A stretch of DNA of 64,000 nt, taken from NCBI RefSeq assembly GCF_006345805.1, contig NC_043010.1:23622001-23686000 (forward strand), given 5' to 3'. This DNA comes from Octopus sinensis. Lineage: Eukaryota. Below the pieces are notes generated by a model. The model was given only the letters and a program-made list of their open reading frames with translations. It did no database searches and was not told the DNA's origin. The number at the start of each line of letters is the position of its first letter. Position 1 is the first letter of the stretch. Below are positions 26,079-36,226 of the stretch, piece after piece. Both the position numbers and the translations under genes were made by a program.

Positions 26079-26280
26079 GTCTGTCTGTCTATTGATCAAT
26101 CCTTCCTTCAATCTATCCAGCTATCTATTCATCCATCCATCCATTATATCCATCCATCAATTTATTCATCCATCATCTATCCATCTATCTATCGATCTCT
26201 CGATCCATCTATCCGTCTATCTGCCTGTCTATGTGTCTGTCTGTCTTGCTGCTTTTCATTCTGGTTATTTTCTATATATC

Positions 26281-26338
<58 letters not shown>

Positions 26339-26352
26339 CTCTGTATATATAT

Positions 26353-26397
<45 letters not shown>

Positions 26398-26499
26398 CCA
26401 GTCTGCAATGGTACAACGATGCAGACTGGACCATAATCACTGTTAGAAATAATCTAATCATTCATAGTCTAATAGTTCGGAATTAAAAACTTCCTCCTT

Positions 26500-28310
26500 C
26501 AGAGATTGCTAAGATGTAACACAATCGCTGTAACAGTCGGTTTTCTTCTAACGGTTACCGAAATCTGTCAGAAGCGTTTATGTAATGGTCTCACGAAGCC
26601 CTTTCTGGAATTCCTTATGAGAAGTGCGTGAATGTAGTCATGTCTTAAGCTCGTGTGTGTTGGCATATTCGTAGCGCTTTTTCCAAGCTAGAAGTGCCTC
26701 TATATAAAATATCCCGGTTCCTTTCCCACATCCTGAAACCCGTACTCTTCACCTTTCGAAGAAGTCATCAAAAGTCTTCGCCAACTGTCCCCAAACCATC
26801 TGAAACGAAACAGATATGCCTTTAGTCTTGATGTTTTCTCAATTTACACAACGGTACTAGCACACTGGGAGGTCAACCTATTGGCTAACTGCATAGTAGC
26901 GTCCGACAACAACTCTTCGGACTCACTACAGCTGATATACATCAAGTATTGTCCATCATCGTGGACAACACCTAATTATATTTCCCTGATCACACCTACA
27001 TCGAGACAAAATGTCTCACCATGGGATCCAGTCTCTCGCGCCTACTGACCATCACCTATATAAACCATCTGGAAAGTCGAGCACTCAACATCTGTCACTC
27101 ATGCGCCTTCTGCACCAGATACGTAGTTGACACCCTCATAATCACATCCTTTCGTGAAGAGGCCGACAAAATATTCACGACGTTCCACAACATGGATATG
27201 AATATACGGTTCACTAAAGATCATCTCAACAGCACACGACCCATATAGCTGCTCGACTTCCAACTGAAAATAACGGAAGAAGGAGAGATTCACACCGAGT
27301 TATACAGGAAAGCAGCCATTAGAGATATGTTTGTTCACTACAATTCAGCCCTTCCACTCGGTGCCAGTATAGGTTACGTCAGAAATGAGCTTACACGCAT
27401 CCAAAGCAAGGGCAGCAGAACAGATGACAAGGTAACCCACACTACAGGCTTCCTAGAGTTGAAAACCAACGGGTGCCATATATCCACTGTGAATCGGCTT
27501 AAACACGCCAAACACGCAGAAAACCCAGCAACACATGTTTCATTAAAATACCCCCATTTTAGCGAGAGGATAACTACAGTGATCCGAAGAGCCACAAGAA
27601 GAGAAGGGTTAGACATACAATTAGCTCACTCCGGCCCCTCTCTGAGAAGATACCTAGCAAAGAAACTATGAAAGAGACAGCAATCAGTGCACACTAGCTA
27701 ACTGCCGCATCCGTGACACAGATTTATGCCAACGCGTACATGTATATCGAATCCAATGTAACAGACGCAACAACAATGCCATTACACATTTGCATCAAAG
27801 GACATCTAAGTACAGGAGATTCCACTTTCACAAAACACCTAGACAGATGCCGGAACACCTACAAAAACATAAGTCACAACTGAGTCCAATGACAGAAATT
27901 TAGGAAATTTAAGAATTAAGGAGGCTTTGCTTATAGGGCAGACTAGAGCCCCAAATTAGCAACAAGTTGGAAATCAACATTTTATTTACATTATATAATT
28001 AATTTTATAATGCAATTTATTTACATTTATAAAATTAACGTTTTATCTAACAACATCGATACCCTGCACACACGATGGTAACATGCTTGTATAACAAAAC
28101 AATATATAAAAATGCATAAGTAATACATAACTTGAAAACAGTGCTACGAATATGCCAACACACACGAGCTCACGACCTGACTACTCTCATGCACTTCTCG
28201 TGAGAAATTCCGGAAAGAAATTCGTAAGATCATTACAAGAACGCTTCCGACAGATTTCAGTAGCTGTTATAAGAATAAGAAAACCGACTATAACAGTGAC
28301 TACGTTATTA
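26500..28310 (+). mobile_element. Penelope-like element with 5' inverted terminal repeat, degenerate
   Basis: RT remnants (FSLDVFSIYT, TMGSSLS, RYVVDTLII, LLDFQL, YRKA) and GIY-YIG tail (LRIKEALLI); 26505-26700 is inverted vs 28135-28310. Confidence 0.8.
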
Positions 28311-28455
28311 ACATTATTTACAATTGACGGATATTTGTCCTCATTTTGTTTGTTGTCAATACAAAGTTTCGGCTGATATACCCTCCAAGCCTTCGTCAGG
28401 TGTCTTGGAAAAATTTCGAACCTGGTGTCTCATTCCTAAGGTATTTTTCTATGCT
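28310..28455 (-). mobile_element. PLE-type terminal repeat with HHR motif at 28359-28403
   Basis: Minus strand ACAC-CTGACGA-A-GGCT...AGCC-GAAAC-TTT-GTAT; sister copy in opposite orientation at 31545-31700. Confidence 0.6.
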
Positions 28456-28480
28456 ATTATTATTATTATTATTATTATTA

Positions 28481-28545
<65 letters not shown>

Positions 28546-31350
28546 TAGTTTTATTTTTATTTTTATAGCGTGCTTTCACTTCACTACCGAGCGCAGCTCT
28601 GTGTGCCTTGAGTATGTGCTGTGATTTGTTGTGATGCTCTGTTGGTTATTGTGTTGAAAGTGTTCTCGTAGGATGTGTGCAGTGCCTAGTAGTGCAATTT
28701 TCTGTATGTATGTGTGTTGTAAATCCTGGTTTTTTGTTATGTATTTGTCTGAATATTTTTTTATCATGCCTAATGCACCTACTATGATAGGAATTGTTTC
28801 TGTTTTCAGGTTCCACATTCTAGTTACCTCTATTTCCAGGTCTTTGTATTTTGAGAGTTTCTCCATTTCTTTTAGAGACACGTTGTCATCTGCCGGTATT
28901 GATACATCAATTAGAAAGCATTTTTTCTTCATGATCTCTGACAACTATATCTGGTCTGTTGGCCTTAATTTCTCTATCTGTGTGTATCGGCATATCTCAG
29001 AGTATGGTTGCTTTCTCGTTTTCTGTGACCATTTCTGGTGTGTGCCTATACCATCTTGTTTCTGTTGTTATTCCATAATGTTGGCATAGCTTCCAATGTA
29101 TGTAGGTTCCAACTCTGTCATGTCTGTGAATATATTCCTTCTTAGCCAGGACTGGGCAGCTAGAGATAATATGATTTATTGTTTCTTGTCCATCTCCACA
29201 TATTCTGCAGTTACTTGTTATATTTCTTTTCATTACATGTTTTTGGTAATTTCTGGTGGGGAGGCTATGGTCCTGTGCTGCAATTAAAAATCCCTCTGTC
29301 TCTGCTTTGATTCCTGAGCATCTCAACCATTGCTGGGATTTTTCTATGTCTATTTCTTTTGCGTTTAGTTTAGTCCAGTATTTACCATGAAGGGGCTTTT
29401 CTTGCCATCGTTTTATCATGGTCCGTTGCTGTTCTATTTTTAGTTTGGATTTCATTTGTTTTATAGCTTTTGTTGTTTCTTCTTCTTCTTCTTCTCCTTC
29501 TTCTTCTTCTTCTTCTTCTTCTTCTTTTTCTTCTTCTTCTTCTTCTTCTTCTTCTTCTCTTCTTCTTCCTTCTTCTTCTTCATTCTTCTTCTTTTTCTTC
29601 TTCATATTTATTAGGCGGTATGATTCCTTGCTTGTATTTGTCAGCTTCCTTAAATACTGAGAACAGTTTTTTTGTTTTGCTCGTGTTTTGCCGCTTTGTA
29701 TCAGTTTCCTTCCTTCTGAGTAGTAGATATTTTTGCAGTCCCATGGTGGTTATTATATAGTAGTTTTCCAGCTGTATAAGGCCTCTACCACCTTCTATAC
29801 GTTGTATATATAGTCTTTCTATGTCAGATTTTGGGTGATGCATCCTAGATCCTGTCATTATTTTTCTTGTTTTCCTATCTATTTTGGTCAGTTCATTTAG
29901 TGTCCAGTTAAGGATATTATAGCTGTAACTTATAACTGGGACAGCTAAAGTGTTAATACCTATTATCTTGTTTTTAGCATTGAGCTCTGTTTTTAGTATT
30001 GATCTAACTCGTCTATAATATTCTTTCTTTATTTTCTCTTTCATTTGTGTGTGTTGTGTCTTATCTAGTTCATGGATTCCTAAGTATTTGTAAGTTTGGC
30101 TTTGGTCTAATTCTTTTATTTCATTGGTTTTATCTAATGTGATGTTGCTACTCTTAACTAGTTTTCCTCTTTTCATGGTTACTTTGGCGCATTTTTCTAA
30201 TCCAAATTTCATATCTATTTCTTTGGTAAATCCATGAACTGTCTTTAATAGTGTTTCCAGCTGTTTATCATTTGCAGTGTATAGTTTTAGGTCATCCATA
30301 TATAAAGGTGGCTGATCGTTTTTGCCGTAAATTTATATCCGCATCCAGTTCTATTTAGCATATCAGATGGAGGTGACAGTGCCAAGCAGAAAGAAGTGGA
30401 GAGAGCGTGTCTCCCTGGAATATTCCTCTTCTAATGGGGATGTCTTTGGTTTTCATGAGTCCCTCTTTTGTTTGGAGCTGTAGCACTGTTTGCCATTTAT
30501 TCATAGAGTGCCCTATGAATTTTATGATTGTTGGTGCTACTTTGTTAATGGCTAGTGTTTCGAGGATCCATGTGTGGGGGATGCTATCAAACGCCTTTTT
30601 GTAGTCGATCCAGGCCATACTGAGGCCTTTCTTCTTTCTGTGGCTGTCTTCAGTTATGGCTTTATTAATTATTAGTTGATCTTTACAGCCAGATGAGCCT
30701 TTGCGGCATCCTTTCTGCTCTTCTGGGAACAGTTTGTTTTCGTCCAGGTGCTTGTTCAACCTTTGCGATATCACTGCAGTAAATGCCTTGAACATTGTAG
30801 GGAGACAGATTATTGGTCTGTAGTTTTCTGGTTTTGCTGTCTCATTGGATTTGGGAATTAAGATGGTTTTCCCCTTCGTGAGCCATTCCGGCATTGTCTC
30901 TGGCTCTGCTAGTATGTTGTTAAAGTTTTCAGCCAGCTTTTTGTGCATTCCTGTTAGATATTTCAACCAGAAGTTGGGGATCTTGTCATGCCCAGGTGCC
31001 TTCCAGTTGCTTAGTCTTTGCAGTGTCTGGGTGACCTCTTCAGTTGTTATGGGGGTCCAAAGTTGTTCAGATGCCGAGTTTGTTATTTTGATTGTTCGTT
31101 CGCCGACCATATTTCTCTCCAGAATTCTTCTACTTCTTCTGCCGTTGGTGCTGCAGTGATTTCTATTTTATTTTTGCCAAGCTCTTGGTAGAACTTTTTG
31201 GGGTTGGAGTTGAACTGTTTGTTTTGTTCAAAGAAGCGCTGGCGTTTCTCGTACCGGCGGATCCTTTGTGCTTTGGCAAGGATATCTTGCTTCAGCTTTT
31301 CTTTTATCTCAGGTAAATCATTTTCTGTGATGTTATATTTGCGGAGTATT
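28546..31350 (-). mobile_element. R4/Dong-like non-LTR retrotransposon (RT plus restriction-like endonuclease), 5'-truncated
   Basis: KAPGHDKIPNFWLK, NYRPIICL, WIDYKKAFDSIPH, GIFQGDTLSP, YMDDLKLY, CRICG..ETINHIISSC, LIDVSIP..EKLSKYKDL; (AAT)n tail at 28455-28542. Confidence 0.9.
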
Positions 31351-31394
31351 TTTGCGGAGTATTATCATTATCATTATCGTTATCGTTATTATTA

Positions 31395-31461
<67 letters not shown>

Positions 31462-31544
31462 CATTATTATTATTATCATTATTATTATTATTATTATTAT
31501 CATTATTATTATTATTATTATTATTCAGGTCACTGCCAGGAATA

Positions 31545-31700
31545 ATAACAATAATAACATCGAAGAATTCCATAGCAATGAGAACCAAGGTTCGAAATTT
31601 CTCCAACACATCTGACGGAGGCTTGAACGTATATCAGCCGAAATGTTGTTAATAACAAACAAAATGAGGACAAATATCCGTTAAATGTAAATAACGTAAA
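31545..31700 (+). mobile_element. PLE-type terminal repeat with degenerate HHR at 31607-31651
   Basis: Homologous to the reverse complement of 28310-28455. Confidence 0.6.
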
Positions 31701-31704
31701 TAAT

Positions 31705-32466
31705 GTCTCACTTTAGGTCTCACTGAGGAAATGACTAGAGACCGAGACCTCTGGAAGTATGCTGTGCGTGAGAAGACCCGGCAGGACAAGTGAGACCATA
31801 ACCCGTGGCCTTCTACATGGGATGTAGCCAGCCCACTTATACATACCTTCCCTTCTTGGGACACTAAACTCTACTTGTGAAGACCTGTTGAGGCAAGTGA
31901 GAATCAGAATCGAAATCGATCAATGGAAATTGCAGCTGAGTTACCAGTGCCGGTGGCACGTAAGAGAACCATCCGAACGTGGCCGTTGCCAGCGCCACCC
32001 CGACTGGCCTCGTGCCGGTGGCACGAAAAAAGTACCATCCGTTCGTGGCCGTTGCCAGCGCCGCCCCGAATGGCCTCGTGCCGGTGGCACGTAAAAAGCA
32101 CCATCCGTTCGTGGCCGTTGCCAGCCTGGCCTGGCCCCCGTGCCGGTAGCACGTAAAAAGCACCATCCGTTCGTGGCCGTTGCCAGCCTCGCCTGGCTCC
32201 CGTGCCGGTGGCACATAAAAATCACCATCCGATCGTGGCCGTTGCCAGCCCCGCCTGGCCCCCGTGCCAGTGGCACATAAAAAGCACCATCCGATCGTGG
32301 CCGTTTGCCAGACTCGTCTGGCACCTGTGCCGGTGGCACGTAAAAAGCACCCACTACACTCATGGAGTGGTTGGCGTTAGGAAGGGCATCCATCCGTAGA
32401 AACATTGCCAGATCAAACTGAGCCTGGTGCAGCCTTCTGCCTTCCCAGACCTCAGTTGAACTGTCC
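31705..32466 (+). mobile_element. RTE-type LINE 3' end (ORF tail plus 3' UTR)
   Basis: LTEEMTRDRDLWKYAVREKTRQDK*; 3' UTR with GGAGTGGTTGGCGTTAGGAAGGGCATCC; cut off by the PLE at ~32466. Confidence 0.7.
31948..32350 (+). repeat. GC-rich tandem repeat, ~62-66-bp unit, six full copies plus a partial
   Basis: Unit TGCCGGTGGCACGTAAAAAGCACCATCCGTTCGTGGCCGTTGCCAGC...TGGC...G with a variable 3' third. Confidence 0.9.
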
Positions 32467-33289
32467 ATTCTATCAATAGCACATTGATAGAATGGAAAGA
32501 TTAAAAATTGTGGTAGTAGTTGCTTTGCGCATTTCTCAATATGCTCACTAAAGGGTATCATTCTGTATTCAGGGAATGCAATCTGTTGTCGATGCAGAGT
32601 GCATCTACGTCTGACTGATAGTCCCGTGGACCCCACGTAGTTTTGGTGGCAGCCCGAGCACCTTATGACATAAATTATGTTTTCAGAAGCACAAGTAAAA
32701 TTAGATTTGATCTTGAATTTTTGTCCCTACGTGGGGTCCACGGGACTGTCACTCAGACGTAGATGCACTCTGCATCGACAACAGATAGCATTCCCAGAAT
32801 ACAGAATGATACCCTTTAGTGAGCATATTGAGAAAGGCGCAAAGCAACTACTACCACAAATTTTAATATTTCCACACCAACACAAATTAGATTAAACAAG
32901 GAAACATTCTTCATTGAAAAATATAAGCCCAAACTTAACCACTCTAACATTCTTATACAGAGAAACTCACCCCATTAAATAAAGGGAAAAGAAATATAAA
33001 GCGATTTTCTCCCTTATACCGGACGAAATCGCTTATTACCTCCTCCTACCTGGAACTCTTCTTTGCACTTCATAACGAAGACATAACACGATGCAGGTAA
33101 TGACACTTGAGAAATTTGAAAAGTTAACACGAAACCGGTAATTTCTTCAAAAACTATGTTACTCTAAGTTACTGTATGAAAACATTTTATAACATTCTTC
33201 CAACATAATGGCTAAAATATATTCTTTAACCTTATAAAACAAGCTTTCTGTAGTTTTTTCACTTTTTACTATTTTATATACTATATATA

Positions 33290-33290
<1 letters not shown>
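32465..33290 (+). mobile_element. Penelope-like element 3' fragment with 5' inversion (GIY-YIG)
   Basis: Minus 32729-32470: GQKFKIKSNFTCASENIIYVIRCSGCHQNYVGSTGLSVRRRCTLHRQQI; plus from 32727: YVGSTG...RLNKETFFIEKYKPKLN; ends in (TA)n. Confidence 0.85.
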
Positions 33291-33333
<43 letters not shown>

Positions 33334-33361
33334 TATATATATATAATATATATATATTTAG

Positions 33362-33537
33362 TTAATCCAAACATGAAAACACAAAGAGAAAACACAACAA
33401 CGCGAGGACGTGGAAAAAGTGTAGTGTTATTGGAAGTTCAGGAAGGAAAGAAAGAAGGAGGATTTAACTTTTCGAGCGGAGCTCTTCGTCAGAAACGTAG
33501 AAAAAGGAAAGATCCAAGGAAGCGAAGATGGAGGAAA
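33362..33537 (-). mobile_element. PLE terminal repeat with HHR motif at 33462-33496
   Basis: Minus strand GTTT-CTGACGA-A-GAGC-TCC-GCTC-GAAAA-GTT-AAAT; same family as 11200-11403. Confidence 0.7.
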
Positions 33538-33599
33538 TATATATATATATATATATATAGGGGAGAGAGATGAATGTAAATAAAATATGCAAATGGCTA

Positions 33600-34540
33600 T
33601 GACTTAGTAATCCATACGGCTTTTAGGTTAACAATAAATTTAGATAAAACTGTTGTTATTTTTCAACCAGCTTCCAATATATTATGAACCTGAACTTTGT
33701 AGATAATGTTACTTATCTTGGAAGTGTGCAGAATCTTTAAATGATGAAATTGCGAATCATCTTCAAAAAGTATTTCAATCTTTCGTGAATCTTGAAGGGC
33801 AATTTTAGTTTAATAGGTATATTACCAAAAAACGCAAAATGTTACTATGTACAGGGCTAGTTACTTTCCTCCCTTCCACTCCACGTGTGAGACCTGGATA
33901 GTGTATAGGAAGCTCATCAGATTACTACAGTGATTTCATCAGTGATGTCTGCACTCTATACAAAAAAAATCAAATGGTGGCACACTGTACCAGATTCTGA
34001 AGTACTTAACTGTTGATGGCATTAAATCTGAAATTCATCGACACAGAATTCGCTGGACTGGTCATCTGATAATGGAATCTGATCAACGCATGCTCAAACA
34101 GTTATATGATCAGATAAAAGGAGCAAAGTGGCCTCAATGTAAACCAAAAATGAACTGGAAACTTCAAAACGATACAATCAAACTGGGAGTGTTGCAATGG
34201 AGCGACCAAAATGGAGGAGAAAATATCGAGGAGGTACTGCCTTGTTTGCAAATAATAAACAGAAACATGCACGGATGAAATTAGAAGCAAGAAATAGTTT
34301 GCTTGTGGCCAATGATTCCACTTACCAAACAATGATCCTTCTATCTTAACTGCAACCGTATCGGTCCCTCTTCAGCTGGACTACTCAATCATAATCGAGA
34401 CTCCACTCACATTTGACAATCACGATTCGATGTATTACTTTGTTCTGACTGCAATAAGTTCTGCAGAAGTAAATCTGAGACGTCAACTCTCATGAAACGT
34501 CACCATAAGAGTTTCGAGCGACGTCTTTACAAAGGAATAA
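33600..34540 (+). mobile_element. RTE/BovB-like LINE 3' fragment, heavily degraded
   Basis: AFRLTINLDKTVVI, VDNVTYLGS, CETWIVYRK, IRWTGHLI..DQRMLKQLY, C-terminal Cys/His remnants; many stops. Confidence 0.7.
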
Positions 34541-34915
34541 AGCATTTTCATATCGTCCGTTGAAAAACATTTGTGAAAAGAGTCATGTTCGGTCACACAA
34601 CATGCAGACAATCTCTAACTATCTTGTAATGTTAAACTGTAAATATTCATATCCATCGATTTTTGCCAGTGAATTTGTGTTTTGTTTTAAATTAGTTTGG
34701 CGCCTCAGTGTATGTAATATGTCAGTACTGGCGTTGAGAAGAGTCATACTGGGCTCATGAGTCGACAGTAATCAATCATATATATATATATATATATATA
34801 TGTATTTTTATATATATATATATAAATATACATATATACACACACATATATGTATAAATACACGTGATCCAGCATGGCCGCAGTCAAATGACTGAACAAA
34901 TAAAAGAATAAAAGA

Positions 34916-35006
<91 letters not shown>

Positions 35007-35055
35007 CAATTATATATATATACAAATAATATGTACATACATGTATATATATATA

Positions 35056-36226
35056 TCTATTTATAAACGGAAATGCGAAAAGTTTGTTTGTTTGTTTGTT
35101 TGACTCGACCGCTTGGCCCGCTTTCAACGCCACTAGATCCCGTCGGATTGACTCCAAAATTTACAGGGACATGTAAAATGAGGTGAGGATGCCCGTGGGC
35201 TACATTACATATCCCTATCTTAAAAGGTGTTGTTGCTAGGGCCAAAAACCCACTTTGACAAATCCACTCTCAGTTTTTTATGTATCTGTCTTCCTCACTC
35301 ACTCACTCTATTTCCTCCCTTCCCATCACTTTCTATATATAACGTCGATTCGTCAAACGGCGTTCTACAGCGCTTTCACACTCTCCCCCTCTCTACACGT
35401 CTGTCTGCATTCATACAGACAATTATCATCGACATCACCACCACACAGGTTTGGGTGGCCGCACAGCTACAGTTAGACAACGGTTAATAACATTCGATGT
35501 TGATAATGCCTGGATTGTTCCATTCAACCCTTTGCTTTCCAAAACTTTTAATGCACACATTAATGTTGAGTACTGCAGTTCGGTAAGATGCATACAATAC
35601 ATCTGCAAGTACATTAATAAGGGCGATGATATGGCCTTGTTTGTGTTCAGTGATGAAGACCTTAGACATGACGAAATTAAACAATTCGTTTTGAGTAGGT
35701 ATCCTCCAATTATGCAGCGTGGCGCATTTTTCGATACGAGATTCATCTAAGCTCACCATCAGTTTTCCACCTGAATGTTCATTTACAGAAGAGGCAGCTG
35801 GTTTACTTCACAGAGAAAAATGCACGCCAAGTCATTGAAAATCCAAAAGGGACTACGCTTACAGCGTTTTTTAAATTGTGTTCAGTTGATGACTTTGCTG
35901 CTACTCTCATTTACCCTGAAGTACCGGAATATTACATATACAACGACAATAATTGGAAGCGCAGGTCACATGGAACAGAACTTGACAATTGGCCCGGTGT
36001 TTCTAGGAAGAACGTCATTGGGCGTGTGTATAAAATTCATCCTACCAAAAAGGAAAACTTCTTTTTGAGAATGCTGCTTCATGTAGTTACTGGACCGAAG
36101 TCTTTTGGTAATCTTCGCACGGTTGATGGTATCATCTGCGCCACTTACAGGGAAGCATGTTTGAGGCGCGGACTACTTGTCAATGACGACCACTTACATA
36201 GGACATTAGCAGAGGCCTCAAAATGA
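35056..36226 (+). mobile_element. Helitron 5' end plus RepHel fragment
   Basis: A|TC start followed by (TTTG)n; VDNAWIVPFNPLLSKTFNAHINVEYCSSVRCIQYICKYINKG (Rep catalytic YxxKY region); RVYKIHPTKKENFFLRMLLHVVTGPKSFGNLRTVDG..ATYREACLRRGLL. No 3' CTRR end identified. Confidence 0.85.

Noticed and set aside
28235-28300. Hammerhead in the terminal repeat of the 26.5-28.3 kb PLE
   Set aside because: A CTGTTATA/TATAACAG stem is present, but no CUGANGA-stem II-GAAA arrangement in either copy.
31948-32350. CRISPR-like repeat-spacer appearance
   Set aside because: The variable parts are homologous to each other rather than unique spacers; no cas genes; it lies in a eukaryotic LINE 3' UTR.
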